Shown here: piece after piece, positions 9,653-20,780 of the stretch | Layout: every line of letters begins with the position of its first letter | How positions within the stretch are numbered: the stretch's first letter is position 1 | Source of the DNA: an uncultured cyanobacterium | GTDB lineage: Bacteria > Cyanobacteriota > Cyanobacteriia > PCC-9006 > JAAUQQ01 | Assembly: GCA_963718615.1 (NCBI GenBank) | Contig: OY970368.1 | Span: 4,992,001-5,056,000, forward strand | Direction: 5' to 3' | DNA length: 64,000 bases | Notes under the pieces: model-generated | Seen by the model: only the letters and a program-made list of their open reading frames with translations | Told to the model about the DNA's origin: nothing | Databases searched by the model: none | Position numbers and translations under genes: made by a program

Positions 9653-11566
9653 TTAAGGCTGCGGGAAGTTTTCCACTGGGCTATCCTTCAGTGCGCGACT
9701 CATATAGTCAGCCCAAATGGGAGCCACACTCGTCCCCCCCGAGGCACCCCGATAGAGGGGCGTAAAGTCATCGTTACCAATCCAAATGGCGGTTGCCATC
9801 TGCGGAACATAGCCCACAAACCAAACGTCCCGCTCGGAGCTTGTAGTTCCGGTTTTACCTGCCGCTGGACGACCGATCGCCGCCCGAGTCGCGGTTCCGC
9901 CGTTAATCACCCCTTGGAGCATGGTGGTGAGATGGCTTGTCGCCTTTGGATCTAAAACCAACTGAGGACGGGGCGTATTATCCAAAATCACGCGGCCTCG
10001 GCTATCGGTCACCTGGGCAATAAAGGTCGTGGGCGATTGCCAGCCGCCACTGGCGAAGGTTGCGTAGGCTCCTGCCATTTCAATGGGCGTAATTCCCATG
10101 GCCCCCAGAGGGAGTGAAACCACCGGATCCATAGGACTTTCAATCCCCATGATGCGACAAATTTCAATCACCTTATCTAGTCCCACGTCTTGGCCCAACC
10201 GAATGGCAGGAATATTGCGGGAATAGGCCAAGGCGGTGCTCAAACTGATGGATCCCATAAACGAACCATCGTAGTTTTGGGGCGTGTAATAGCCACTGCC
10301 ATCGCGATAGCTCACCGGACTGTCAGAAATCGGGGTACCCGGCGTATATTTTTTGGTCGCGAGTGCCGCGTAGTAGACAAAGGGTTTAAAGGCGGAACCT
10401 GGTTGCCGATAGGCATTGACCGCTCGGTTAAACTGGTTTTTCTCATAGTCTGAGCCCCCTACCATGGCTTTGACATAGTGGGTGCGGGGGTCTACTGAGA
10501 CTAGTGCCATTTGGTCGGCTCCAATGCTGTACCAGTTGCGATCGCTCCAATATTTCACTGTTTCCTCAGCCAACCGTTGCAGCTTCGAATCGATCGTCGT
10601 TTGAACCCGCATTCCCCCCTTCAGAACCGCATCTCGTCCAAAGCGATCGTTCAGTTCTTGCACCACCGCTTCGGTGACGTAGGGCATCTTGCTCACCTGA
10701 AACGACGTCACCCGACCCAGCTTAATCGGCTGATCCTGGGCAACTTTCTTTTCCTGGGGGGTAATCCAGCCTAACTCCACCATCCGCTGCAGCACCAACG
10801 CCTGACGCTCCTTGGCAATTTTCATACCTTCTTTGGAGGGATTGTAATTGCCATCAAACGGGCTGTAGGACTCCGGTGCTTGGATAAACCCCGCCATCAT
10901 AGACGCTTCCGCCAGATTCAAATCCGCAGCGGATTTATTGAAATAGCTCTGGGCTGCGGTTTCTGCCCCGTAGGTATTGTGTCCCCAGTAAACCTGGTTG
11001 AGATAGAGCTCAAAAATTTCATTTTTCTTCAGGACCTGCTCCAAGCGAATCGCCAAGACCGCCTCAGCGATTTTGCGGCTCATGGACCGCTCTGGACTGA
11101 GAAACAGGTTCTTAATCAACTGCATCGTAATGGTAGAGCCCCCTTCGACCACACCGCCACTGGTGTAGTTGGCAAGGGTTGCCCGTGCAATGCCCGTCGG
11201 ATTGATACCGCTGTGGCCGTAAAAGTGACTGTCCTCCATGGCAATCACGGCCCGCTTGAGGTGGGGCGAGATCTTCGCCAACGGCATCACCTTGCGGTTC
11301 GCTTCATCGTGAAGGCTAGAGAGCAACGACCCTTTCATGTCGTAGATGTAGGTCGTCTCGGTGGGCGAATATCCCTTCATGCCCCGCACATCCGGCAGGT
11401 TACGGAATGTCGTGGCCAAACCGACCAAGGTCCCAGCCACAAGGGAACTGGTAATCACCACTGCACCCAGTAACGTACCGCCGGTCAGTTTTCCGGCAGT
11501 ATCCAGGAAGCTGACGGTCTTGGAGGAGCGCTGGGGAGGACGACCGGAAAGGGTGTTGGAGGACAC
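9653..11566 (-). CDS. class A penicillin-binding protein (transglycosylase/transpeptidase, PBP1A family)
   Basis: EDSHFYGH, GGSTITMQLIKN, RKIAE; SAFK (SxxK), SRN (SxN), KTGT. Confidence 0.95.
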   Translation of the reverse strand: MSSNTLSGRPPQRSSKTVSFLDTAGKLTGGTLLGAVVITSSLVAGTLVGLATTFRNLPDVRGMKGYSPTETTYIYDMKGSLLSSLHDEANRKVMPLAKISPHLKRAVIAMEDSHFYGHSGINPTGIARATLANYTSGGVVEGGSTITMQLIKNLFLSPERSMSRKIAEAVLAIRLEQVLKKNEIFELYLNQVYWGHNTYGAETAAQSYFNKSAADLNLAEASMMAGFIQAPESYSPFDGNYNPSKEGMKIAKERQALVLQRMVELGWITPQEKKVAQDQPIKLGRVTSFQVSKMPYVTEAVVQELNDRFGRDAVLKGGMRVQTTIDSKLQRLAEETVKYWSDRNWYSIGADQMALVSVDPRTHYVKAMVGGSDYEKNQFNRAVNAYRQPGSAFKPFVYYAALATKKYTPGTPISDSPVSYRDGSGYYTPQNYDGSFMGSISLSTALAYSRNIPAIRLGQDVGLDKVIEICRIMGIESPMDPVVSLPLGAMGITPIEMAGAYATFASGGWQSPTTFIAQVTDSRGRVILDNTPRPQLVLDPKATSHLTTMLQGVINGGTATRAAIGRPAAGKTGTTSSERDVWFVGYVPQMATAIWIGNDDFTPLYRGASGGTSVAPIWADYMSRALKDSPVENFPQP

Positions 11567-11679
11567 GATAACTCCTCTACGATAAGAAATTGAGGTGAGT
11601 CTACAAGAAGAAGCCTACTAAGCCTGCAAGTATAATGGGCAAGCTTCAGATTGGCGACTTTTCATAGCGTTAACTTTCG

Positions 11680-12939
11680 ATGACGACGTTCTCGGTCAAA
11701 ACGGCTTCCGCACAGGCCCAGTCTCTCGATTGGCTCACTCGTGGCACCAGCGAAATTTTCCCGAATCAGCCCGATTCTCGAGATCCCCATGAAAACCTGG
11801 TGGCACGCCTTCAAGCGACGGATCGCCCCCTGCGGATCAAACTGGGGATTGACCCCACAGGGGCGGATATCCATCTGGGTCACAGCATTGCGATGCGCAA
11901 GCTACGGGCCTTTCAGGATGCAGGTCATCAGGCCGTACTGATTATTGGTGATTTTACAGCGCGGATTGGGGATCCGACGGGAAAATCCGAGGTGCGTCGC
12001 CAGTTGACCGAGGCGGAGGTAAAGCAAAATGCGGCGACCTATTTGGAACAAATCAAGCCCATTCTGGACTTTAGTCCCGATCGCCTAGAAATTCGCTACA
12101 ACTCCGAGTGGCTCTCGGACCTGGACCTTAACCAAATCCTGGGACTGCTGGCCACGATGACCGTGGGACAGATGTTGGCAAAGGAAGGCTTTGATAAGCG
12201 CTATCGAGAGGAGACGCCGATTTTCCTCCATGAGTTTCTTTACCCGCTGATGCAGGGCTATGACTCCGTGGCGGTGGAAGCGGATGTGGAACTGGGCGGT
12301 ACGGATCAGAAATTTAATATCGCGGTCGGTCGGGATCTGCAACGCCATTTTGGTCGGAAAGACGGCAGCCCACCGCAGTTTGGTTTGCTGCTGCCGATTT
12401 TGCTGGGGACCGATGGCCAGCAGAAAATGTCCAAATCCTTAGGGAATTACGTGGGTTTGGGCGAAGACCCATTGAGTATGTATTCCAAGCTAGAAAAAGT
12501 CCCCGATGGGCTGATTGAGGATTACTTTACGCTGCTGACGAATCTGTCGCTGACGGATTTGCCGGAGAACCCGCGCGATCGCCAAAAACGCCTAGCGCTC
12601 GATGTGGTCAACCAATACCACGGGAAAGCCGCTGCCCAGGATGCCCAAAAAGCTTCGTTGGAGCTGGTCCAGGGGGATGCGAAGCAGGCGGAGGCAGTAC
12701 CGGAATGTTCGATCGCCCAGACGATGGCAGATTTGGAATTTCCGGCCAAGCTGTTTGTGATTCTCGGGCGGACGGGGCTTTGTGCCACGAGTTCTGATGC
12801 CAAACGGCAAATCAAAGGGGGGGCCGTCAAGCTAGATGGCGAAAAGGTCTCCGATCCGGACCAGCGCTTTGAGGCCAATGCCTTGGTGGGGAAGGTTTTG
12901 CAGGTGGGCAAAAAGCGGTTTGCTCGGCTGACGGAATAA
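11680..12939 (+). CDS. tyrS: tyrosine--tRNA ligase
   Basis: [13 protein letters not shown] (HIGH), [19 protein letters not shown]-terminal S4-like domain. Confidence 0.98.
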   Translation: MTTFSVKTASAQAQSLDWLTRGTSEIFPNQPDSRDPHENLVARLQATDRPLRIKLGIDPTGADIHLGHSIAMRKLRAFQDAGHQAVLIIGDFTARIGDPTGKSEVRRQLTEAEVKQNAATYLEQIKPILDFSPDRLEIRYNSEWLSDLDLNQILGLLATMTVGQMLAKEGFDKRYREETPIFLHEFLYPLMQGYDSVAVEADVELGGTDQKFNIAVGRDLQRHFGRKDGSPPQFGLLLPILLGTDGQQKMSKSLGNYVGLGEDPLSMYSKLEKVPDGLIEDYFTLLTNLSLTDLPENPRDRQKRLALDVVNQYHGKAAAQDAQKASLELVQGDAKQAEAVPECSIAQTMADLEFPAKLFVILGRTGLCATSSDAKRQIKGGAVKLDGEKVSDPDQRFEANALVGKVLQVGKKRFARLTE

Positions 12940-12964
12940 TTCTAATCACGTTCTAATTTTGCCT

Positions 12965-13675
12965 ATGTCTCCTGAAGCTCAAATCATTGTCCCGCTGGAT
13001 GTTGCGGGGGGAGAGGAGGCGATCGCCCTGCTCGATCGCATTCCCGAGGTCCAGTTTTGGAAAGTGGGTCTCGAACTTTTTGTGAGCGCCGGACCCAGCA
13101 TTTTGCAGGAACTCAAGGCACGCAACAAAAAAATCTTCCTGGATCTGAAATTCCACGACATCCCCAACACTATGGCCGGAGCCTGTCGAGCGACGGCAGG
13201 TTATGGCGTGGATTTGCTCACGGTCCATGCCCCAGCGGCGAAGGCGGCGTTGGTCGCCTCTCAACAGGCCGCAGCACAAGGCGCAGCGGCAGCCGACGTT
13301 GCGCCGCCGATACTCTTAGCCGTAACGGTATTAACCAGCATCAGCACAAGAGCCTTGGCCTTTGAGCTCAAGGTACCGCTGGAAATGCTCGACTACGTGC
13401 AGCAAATGGCGTTGCTAGCCCAGGAAAGCGGCATTGGCGGCTGTGTCTGTTCCCCCCAGGAAATTACAGGCATTCGCCAGGTTTGCGGTGACGAGCTGGT
13501 CCTGGTTTGTCCCGGTGTCCGACCGACCTGGGCGGCGTCCGGCGATCAGCAGCGGGTCATGACGCCAAGGGCGGCGATGCAAGCTGGAGCTAATTATTTA
13601 GTGATTGGCCGACCCATTACCCAAGCCGACGATCCGGCAGCGGCCTTTGCGCGGATTTGCGAGGAAATTAGATGA
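12965..13675 (+). CDS. pyrF: orotidine-5'-phosphate decarboxylase
   Basis: [34 protein letters not shown]. Confidence 0.97.
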   Translation: MSPEAQIIVPLDVAGGEEAIALLDRIPEVQFWKVGLELFVSAGPSILQELKARNKKIFLDLKFHDIPNTMAGACRATAGYGVDLLTVHAPAAKAALVASQQAAAQGAAAADVAPPILLAVTVLTSISTRALAFELKVPLEMLDYVQQMALLAQESGIGGCVCSPQEITGIRQVCGDELVLVCPGVRPTWAASGDQQRVMTPRAAMQAGANYLVIGRPITQADDPAAAFARICEEIR

Positions 13676-14193
13676 CTAGGGCGATCGCGATCGGCGTGGC
13701 GATCGCCCAAACCGCCCTGGCCCAAACCAACCCAGCCTGTCCCGCAGACCCCAACACCTGGATCCCCCAACTTCTCAACGCCCTGCCCGCCTACGCCAAC
13801 CGGACCATTCAACGCGATCGCCTCACCCCCCGCGCCCCCCAAACCTACATCCTCCTCACCAGCACCCCCGAAATCGACCCCATCCCCCCATCCCCCACGC
13901 CCCCTACCCCACCTAACCCCACCCAACTCCACCAAATCTTCTTCACCACCCTCGAACGCCAATACGTCGGTCCTAGCGACGGCACCGCCACACCCCAATT
14001 AATCCAGCAATTCCACTGGCTTGTGCTGTCGCAGAGCAGCCAAGGGCGACGGCTGATTCGATTGCGATCGCAATTTGCCCCCTATCCCGCAGAAGGCCAA
14101 CTCCTCAGCCCGCCTCGCAGCGCCGAAAGCGGTCCCATCGCTGAAGCCATTCGGCTCTGGCTGCGCGATTGTGACGCAAAACCTGTACCCTAA
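13672..14193 (+). CDS. conserved cyanobacterial hypothetical protein, probably exported
   Basis: ATGA overlap with the pyrF stop; [24 protein letters not shown] motifs. Confidence 0.7.
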   Translation: MTRAIAIGVAIAQTALAQTNPACPADPNTWIPQLLNALPAYANRTIQRDRLTPRAPQTYILLTSTPEIDPIPPSPTPPTPPNPTQLHQIFFTTLERQYVGPSDGTATPQLIQQFHWLVLSQSSQGRRLIRLRSQFAPYPAEGQLLSPPRSAESGPIAEAIRLWLRDCDAKPVP

Positions 14194-14310
14194 GAGATAT
14201 AAAGACCCTGTAAAGATTTGGCACTATACAGCCAGAAAACAGCCAGAAACGCCCCATGCTCGTAAATTCGCCTAAGTAGGGGCTGTCCATTTTGAGTTTC
14301 TAATATTACA

Positions 14311-16623
14311 TTGTTAGGTGGGTTCAGGCAGCGTTCGGCACTCAAGTCTGTTTCTGGCCTTGAGGCGCGGTGGGCTCCGCCAAGTTCCGAAGGACCGCCC
14401 TATCACTTACAATCCCGGAAGCTTGTGTCTTTTGTGAAGTCATCTTCTGTGCATGCGCCTCTACTCATGAGTGCAGAAACAGCCCTCGAACAACTGGGTG
14501 AGGGATTGCTTTTCTTGAATGCGGACTGGCAAATTTGCTACTTCAATGCTCAGGCTGCGGAGTACCTGGGGGGAGCCCGTCCTGACCTTGTGGGTCAGTG
14601 CATCTGGGACTGCTGGCCTCAGCTGCGGGGCGAACAACTCAATTTTTATACGGCCTGTCAGCGTTCCCTAACGGAACAGGTACCGTTGGAACTGGAAGAA
14701 ACGCAGCTCGCCCAAGAGCCCCTGTGGATTCGGTTGGTGCCCAGTCCGAATGGATTGGTGATTTATCTGCGGGGACTGTCGAGCGATCGCCGCATCAGCC
14801 AGCAGCAGCAACAATACGAAGCGCGGGAAGCGTTGCTGTCGTCCATCGCCCATTGGGTCCAACAGTATCAGCCCCTTGAAACCATCTTTCGTGAGGCCGT
14901 AGCGCGATTGCGGCTTTTGCTTCGGGTTGATCGCATTTTGCTCTACCGCATTCAAAACTGGGAAGAGGTTCAACTCCTCGCCCAAGCAACGTCACCGGAT
15001 TGGATTCTGGATGGCCAGGATGACCGTTGTGGTACCTGGGTGATGAATAGTCTCCAGGATTGGGAAGAAGATTCCTATTATCCGGTCGAGAATGTTGACC
15101 AAGATGACCTGACCGCAGCGGAACAGCGGATCCTACGTCAGCTCAAGGTCAAGGCCCAGTTGGTCATGCCGATTTTCCTGGACCAAGAGCTGTGGGGCCT
15201 GCTGGCAATTCACCAATGCACGGTGCCGCGCACCTGGCACAGCCGGGACATTGACCTCCTCAAAAAAGTCATTATTCAAATGACCGTGGCCCTCCAGCAG
15301 GCGGAACTGCGCGGTCAAGTCGAGCATCTGAATGTGGACCTCGACAAACAAGTACAAGAGCGCACCACCCAGTTGCAAAAGGCCCTGGACTGGGAGGCAA
15401 TGCTCAAGCGGATTACGGACAAAGTCCGCGACAGTCTCGACGAAAACCAGATTTTGCAGAAGGCCGTTCAGGAACTGGCACTGGTGATGGGCATGGGAGC
15501 CTGCAACGCCGCGCTCTACGACCTAGAGCGGCAAACCTCGACGATTTACTACGAATACGTCACGACGCTACCCACCTCCCAGGGCCGCGTGGCCAAGATG
15601 GCCAATTATCCCGAAATCTATAACCAACTGCTCCAGGCCCAGCATTTTCAGTTCTGTTCGATTACGCCTAACCCGGTCCGGGGGCGGGTGGCCATGTTGG
15701 CCTGTCCGATTTTTGACAATGAGGGGGTGCTGGGCGACCTCTGGTTGGTCAATCATGAAGATTATTCCTTCGGTGAGCGGGAAATTCGGCTGGTCCAGCA
15801 GGCGGCGAACCAATGTGCGATCGCCCTCCGTCAAGCCCGTCTCTACCAAGCGGCCCAAGCCCAAGTCGCAGAACTGGAAAAAATTAACCGGCTCAAGGAC
15901 GAGTTTCTAAGCACCGTCTCCCACGAGCTGCGCACGCCCATGACCAATATGAAAATGGGCATTTTAATGCTGGATGTGGCGTTGAAGCGGCGGCAGGCTC
16001 AGATTCAGTCGGAATTGCCCGACCTGATGCTCCTAGACGATAAGGTCACCCATTACCTAGAAATCCTTCGTAAGGAATGCGAGCGGGAAAGCCAGCTCAT
16101 CAACGACCTGCTCGATCTGCAACGACTCGACGCGGATACCCAACCCCTCGATCTCAAGCCGATCTTGCTCCAGGAATGGTTGCCGCCCTTGGTCAATATT
16201 TTCACGGAGCGCGCCCATGAGCGTCAGCAGGAGCTCATCCTGGATGTACCAGGGGACTTGTCCACGCTAATCACCCATATTCCTGGCCTTGAGCGCATTG
16301 TCGCGGAGCTGCTCAACAATGCCTGTAAATACACCCCCTCCCACTGCCAAATCTTTGTGCGGGCTTGGCGGGCGGGAGATCATCTGGCCCTGGAAGTGGC
16401 CAATACCGGCGTCGAGATTCCCCCCCCTGAACTAGAGCGAGTCTTTGACAAATTTTATCGAGTGCCGAGCAACGATCCCTGGAAACAAGGCGGCACGGGC
16501 CTCGGACTGGCCCTCGTCAAGAAACTCAGCCAGCATTTGGGAGGCGATGTCGCCATTCACAGCGGTGAGGGACGCACCAGTTTTACGGTGGAGTTGCCCT
16601 GGGTTCTGGAACTCAAGCGGTAA
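14311..16623 (+). CDS. PAS/GAF/GAF sensor histidine kinase (true start may be ~14467)
   Basis: PAS-like N-terminus, two GAF domains (LWGLLAIHQC), SHELRTP H-box, NACKYT, FDKFYR, GTGLGL. Confidence 0.92.
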   Translation: MLGGFRQRSALKSVSGLEARWAPPSSEGPPYHLQSRKLVSFVKSSSVHAPLLMSAETALEQLGEGLLFLNADWQICYFNAQAAEYLGGARPDLVGQCIWDCWPQLRGEQLNFYTACQRSLTEQVPLELEETQLAQEPLWIRLVPSPNGLVIYLRGLSSDRRISQQQQQYEAREALLSSIAHWVQQYQPLETIFREAVARLRLLLRVDRILLYRIQNWEEVQLLAQATSPDWILDGQDDRCGTWVMNSLQDWEEDSYYPVENVDQDDLTAAEQRILRQLKVKAQLVMPIFLDQELWGLLAIHQCTVPRTWHSRDIDLLKKVIIQMTVALQQAELRGQVEHLNVDLDKQVQERTTQLQKALDWEAMLKRITDKVRDSLDENQILQKAVQELALVMGMGACNAALYDLERQTSTIYYEYVTTLPTSQGRVAKMANYPEIYNQLLQAQHFQFCSITPNPVRGRVAMLACPIFDNEGVLGDLWLVNHEDYSFGEREIRLVQQAANQCAIALRQARLYQAAQAQVAELEKINRLKDEFLSTVSHELRTPMTNMKMGILMLDVALKRRQAQIQSELPDLMLLDDKVTHYLEILRKECERESQLINDLLDLQRLDADTQPLDLKPILLQEWLPPLVNIFTERAHERQQELILDVPGDLSTLITHIPGLERIVAELLNNACKYTPSHCQIFVRAWRAGDHLALEVANTGVEIPPPELERVFDKFYRVPSNDPWKQGGTGLGLALVKKLSQHLGGDVAIHSGEGRTSFTVELPWVLELKR

Positions 16624-16716
16624 TGTTTTGTCCCTACAGGACGAAGCAAATTATCGGGCCGAGCCAGAAAGCTCGTATGATCGAAAAACGGCGACGCGTA
16701 CGCAATTACAGGGCCT

Positions 16717-19700
16717 ATGGCGATTCTGCACGGCAGTTGGACTGCGATTGGACAATTTTTGCTTTGGGGAGAAGCATGGCGAACCGTAGAGCCGGTCAGC
16801 TTGCCCGATCTGCGAGAGCCTGAGACTAAGGCGACGATTCCCAAGCAGCCCCTGGCCCTTTCCTTAAAAGACCTAGAGCCAGTCCTAGCGGAGTTATTGC
16901 CCCAGCTTGACCGTAAAACCTGGACTGCTGCCGATTGGGCGATCGCCCTCCCCACCCCCGCTGCCCCCACCAAAGGCCGAGGCCGCAAAAAAACCGAAGC
17001 CCCCCCCAGCGCCCTTTTACCCCAACATTCCGCCAGTGACTTAGAAGATCCGCTGCCGCCCCTCTATCCCTGGCGCGTGTCTGGCTATTGCCTCTCCCCG
17101 GCGGAGGCGATCGCCCTACTCGAATGCCTCCCCCTTGGCCTCCCCCAAACGGAAAACGCCTGGGTCGGCGGTGATCTACGGTTTTGGTCCCACATCGCCC
17201 GCTGGTCCATGGATCTGATGGCCCGCTCCAAATTTTTTCCTGGCCTCGACGCCTTACCCAGCGACCCCCAACACCCCAACACCCCAACACCCCAACACCC
17301 CAACACCCCCAGCCATCACAAAGATAAAGATAAAGACACAGACACAGACACAGACGAACCCGAGGCCCCCGAAGCCGAAGAAGACCTCGATACCCCTCCC
17401 CCTACCCGCTGGCTCACCCGCTGGCTGCCGCTGCTGGATAGCCGGATTGATCGCGATCGCTTCGTCCGTTTCACCCAGCAGATGCCCAGCAGTTGTCGGT
17501 GCTACTGGCCGGAGAGCGAAGGCTATGGTGTTCCCCTTTTAGGCAATTCCAGCGATTTGCTGCGGGATTTCTTGGGCCGGATGCTGGACGTGCAGATTAA
17601 ACCTGCGATTCATGGTGCATTGCCCAAAATTGAACCCGAGGTGCAATCCTGGCTCAAGGCCCTGGGCTCGGACCAAGCAGAATTGGATTCGGCAGTGGGC
17701 GATCGCCTCCAGGAGGTTCTCCAACGCTGGTCCTTACCGTTGCAGACTCAACTACAACAATATCGAACCTGCCTAACGCTCACACCACCAAGCTCAAAGC
17801 AGACCCCTTGGCATTTGAGCTATAGTCTTCAAGCGGAAGACCGGGCCGATTTCCAAGTGGATGCGGCGACGATTTGGCATCATCCGGTCGAACAGCTCAG
17901 CTACCAGGGACGGTTAATTCCCAATCCCCAGGAAACATTGCTAGAGGGACTGGGTCGAGCCCTGCGGTTGTACCCCAAACTAGAGCCCAGCCTTGAAGGT
18001 GCAGCCCCCACGGGGTGTGAGTTGACGCCGCCGGAAGCCTATGAGTTTATTAAGGCGATCGCCTGGAGGCTCCAGGACAATGGCCTGAGCGTGGTTTTGC
18101 CGGAAAGTTTAGCCAATCCGGAGGCGATCGCCAATCGACTGGGCCTAAAAATTAGCGCAGAATTGCCGAAGCGCACCACCTCTGGGGTTGGGCTGAATAG
18201 TTTGCTACGGTTCAAATGGGAACTTTCCATTGGAGGGCAGACCCTGACCAAGGCAGAATTCGAGCAGTTGGCGAAGCAAGAAATTCCCTTAGTTGAAATT
18301 AACGGCGAATGGGTCGAATTGCGCTCCAGCGACATCAAGGCCGCCCGCGAGTTCTTTGCCAGCCGTCAGGACCAGCCCAATCTTTCCCTCGAAGATGCCC
18401 TGCGGATCAGCACGGGGGATGCCCAAACTATCAGCAAACTGCCGGTGGTCAACTTTGAGTCTTCGGGGGCATTGCAGGAGCTGGTAACGACGCTGACGGG
18501 GAATCAGCCGGTGGAGGCGATCGCCGCCCCAGCCAGTTTCAAAGGCCAACTACGGCCCTACCAAGAACGCGGGGTTGGCTGGCTGTCGTTCCTACAACAG
18601 TGGGGACTGGGGGCCTGTTTGGCTGACGATATGGGCTTGGGCAAAACCGTGCAGATGATTGCATTGCTCCTGCATCTGAAAGAACAACAAACCCTGACTG
18701 CTCCGATTTTACTCATCTGCCCCACCTCCGTCCTTGGCAACTGGGAGCGGGAAGTTCATCGCTTTGGCCCGAGCCTCAAGGTCCGGGTCCATCACGGTCC
18801 CGATCGGCCCCAGGGTACTGCCTTAGCCAAATTGATGGAAAAAACCGATTTGCTAGTCACCAGCTATGCCCTCGTGCAGCGGGATTTGAAGTCGCTTAAA
18901 GCCATTGAATGGCTGGGGCTAGTTTTGGATGAAGCCCAGAATATCAAAAATGCCGACGCCAAGCAGTCGAAGGCCGTGCGCGAACTAGAAGCGGATTTTC
19001 GCATTGCGCTGACGGGGACACCGGTCGAAAACCGTCTGAGTGAGCTTTGGTCAATCATGGATTTTCTCAACCCTGGTTACCTGGGTCCGCAAAACTTTTT
19101 CCGACGACGGTTTGCCATGCCCATCGAGCGCTATGGGGATACGGATTCGCTGAAGACTTTGCGATCGCTCGTCCAACCCTTCATCCTCCGCCGTCTCAAA
19201 ACCGATCGTTCAATCATTCAAGATCTGCCTGAAAAGCAGGAAATGGCAGTGTTCTGTGGCCTAACCCAAGAGCAAGCTGACTTGTATCAACATCTCGTTG
19301 ATTCAACGCTCGAAACCATCGAATCTGCTACGGGGATTCAGCGACGGGGATTGATTTTGGCGTTGCTGACGAAGCTTAAGCAGGTGTGCAATCACCCTGC
19401 TTTGTTTGATGGTAAGCAAACTACAAAAAGCAGTTTTGCGGCGCGATCGGCGAAGGTGCAGCGGCTGGATGCGATGTTGGAGGAGGCGTTGGTGGAGGGC
19501 GATCGCGTCTTGATCTTCACTCAGTTTGCAGAATGGGGCAAGCTGTTGCAAAACCATCTGGAGCGTCAGTTTGGTGAGGTGTTGTTTTTGTATGGCAGTA
19601 CAACGAAGGCGAAACGGGAGGAAATGGTCGATCGCTTCCAGAAGGATCCTCAAGGTCCGCGTATTTTGCTGCTGTCGCTGAAGGCAGGGGGAGTTGGCTT

Positions 19701-19992
19701 GAACTTAACGCGGGCTAATCATGTGTTTCATTTCGATCGCTGGTGGAATCCGGCGGTGGAAAACCAGGCCACGGACCGAGCGTTTCGCATTGGCCAAACC
19801 CGTAATGTGCAGGTGCATAAGTTTGTCTGTAGCGGCACGTTGGAGGAGCGAATTCACGACATGATTGAAAGCAAAAAGGCACTGGCGGAGCAGGTGGTCG
19901 GAACGGGTGAGGATTGGCTGACGGAGATGGATACGGATGCGCTGCGGAATTTGCTTTTGCTCGATCGAAATAGCGTCATTGAGGATGCCTAA
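16717..19992 (+). CDS. SNF2-family helicase/ATPase
   Basis: LADDMGLGKT, LDEAQNIKN, LTGTPVEN, GGVGLNL, QATDRAFRIGQ. Confidence 0.95.
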   Translation: MAILHGSWTAIGQFLLWGEAWRTVEPVSLPDLREPETKATIPKQPLALSLKDLEPVLAELLPQLDRKTWTAADWAIALPTPAAPTKGRGRKKTEAPPSALLPQHSASDLEDPLPPLYPWRVSGYCLSPAEAIALLECLPLGLPQTENAWVGGDLRFWSHIARWSMDLMARSKFFPGLDALPSDPQHPNTPTPQHPNTPSHHKDKDKDTDTDTDEPEAPEAEEDLDTPPPTRWLTRWLPLLDSRIDRDRFVRFTQQMPSSCRCYWPESEGYGVPLLGNSSDLLRDFLGRMLDVQIKPAIHGALPKIEPEVQSWLKALGSDQAELDSAVGDRLQEVLQRWSLPLQTQLQQYRTCLTLTPPSSKQTPWHLSYSLQAEDRADFQVDAATIWHHPVEQLSYQGRLIPNPQETLLEGLGRALRLYPKLEPSLEGAAPTGCELTPPEAYEFIKAIAWRLQDNGLSVVLPESLANPEAIANRLGLKISAELPKRTTSGVGLNSLLRFKWELSIGGQTLTKAEFEQLAKQEIPLVEINGEWVELRSSDIKAAREFFASRQDQPNLSLEDALRISTGDAQTISKLPVVNFESSGALQELVTTLTGNQPVEAIAAPASFKGQLRPYQERGVGWLSFLQQWGLGACLADDMGLGKTVQMIALLLHLKEQQTLTAPILLICPTSVLGNWEREVHRFGPSLKVRVHHGPDRPQGTALAKLMEKTDLLVTSYALVQRDLKSLKAIEWLGLVLDEAQNIKNADAKQSKAVRELEADFRIALTGTPVENRLSELWSIMDFLNPGYLGPQNFFRRRFAMPIERYGDTDSLKTLRSLVQPFILRRLKTDRSIIQDLPEKQEMAVFCGLTQEQADLYQHLVDSTLETIESATGIQRRGLILALLTKLKQVCNHPALFDGKQTTKSSFAARSAKVQRLDAMLEEALVEGDRVLIFTQFAEWGKLLQNHLERQFGEVLFLYGSTTKAKREEMVDRFQKDPQGPRILLLSLKAGGVGLNLTRANHVFHFDRWWNPAVENQATDRAFRIGQTRNVQVHKFVCSGTLEERIHDMIESKKALAEQVVGTGEDWLTEMDTDALRNLLLLDRNSVIEDA
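17266..17355 (+). repeat. short tandem repeats inside the SNF2 gene
   Basis: 5x CCCCAACA (17266-17305) followed by AAAGAT/ACAGAC hexamer runs. Confidence 0.9.
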
Positions 19993-20029
19993 ACTTCTTG
20001 CCTAGGAGCATCGGCCTGTGAAGATGCGA

Positions 20030-20656
20030 TCATCCACCCGCCCTCAACACTTGTTCAGCCGTCAATTTCAGTCCTGAGAAGGTTGGAGAGACGATAGTTT
20101 GGTTGCCTCGAAATTGCTGAATTTCATACTCTCCACCCTCTAATGTACAAATAGAAAGCGTAGGTTGTTTGGGTTTTCCAATATGTCGAATTCCTCCCAA
20201 TCCTGCGTAGTCTGCAATCCAGTATTCGGGAATACCTAAAGCTGCATAGTCTTCGACTTTGCGAGCATAATCGTTTTGCCAGTTGCGACTCACGACTTCT
20301 GCAACCCATTTAATCGAACGACCCAGCGTCAAGATCGACTGATCAGACCAAAGCAGTTCTTGGGTCAGTTCATCTCGATTGATAACGGCGACGTCAGGAC
20401 GAAATGCTGTCATCGTGCTGTTAGAAGGGCGTAAGAGTCCTCGCTGAAGAACAAACCAAGGTAGGCCAGCACAGTCGATTTGTACACAGATCTTTGTGGT
20501 GATGAAGGCTACGACTTCTTCATGAAAACCGGTTGGTTCCAAGTCGAATACTTCTCCATCAATGAGTTCATAGCGGTTATTATCACCATAACGGGTGATA
20601 AACTCGTCGAAGCTGAGTGGCCTCTGTTGCAGGGGTTGGTCGATCGCAAGGGTCAT
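20030..20656 (-). CDS. Uma2 family (PD-(D/E)xK) putative endonuclease
   Basis: RYELIDGE, RPDVAV, VAEVVS, KVEDYAALGIPEYWIAD. Confidence 0.92.
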   Translation of the reverse strand: MTLAIDQPLQQRPLSFDEFITRYGDNNRYELIDGEVFDLEPTGFHEEVVAFITTKICVQIDCAGLPWFVLQRGLLRPSNSTMTAFRPDVAVINRDELTQELLWSDQSILTLGRSIKWVAEVVSRNWQNDYARKVEDYAALGIPEYWIADYAGLGGIRHIGKPKQPTLSICTLEGGEYEIQQFRGNQTIVSPTFSGLKLTAEQVLRAGG

Positions 20657-20780
20657 AGGTCAACTTAGCCCAATCGATACCTTCAGTTTAACAGAGAGTA
20701 GATGTGTGAGGTGGACCCAATCGACTGAACAGATTTAACAGGAGACTAAGCTCTGAATTCTCCCCGGATTGGACCTCTAT

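Noticed and set aside
11567-11679. T-box leader upstream of tyrS
   Set aside because: The intergenic region is only 113 bp, shared with a divergent gene, and lacks a T-box motif or terminator.
20030-20656. Uma2 gene as a third cassette of locus A
   Set aside because: No attC-like structure after its stop codon.
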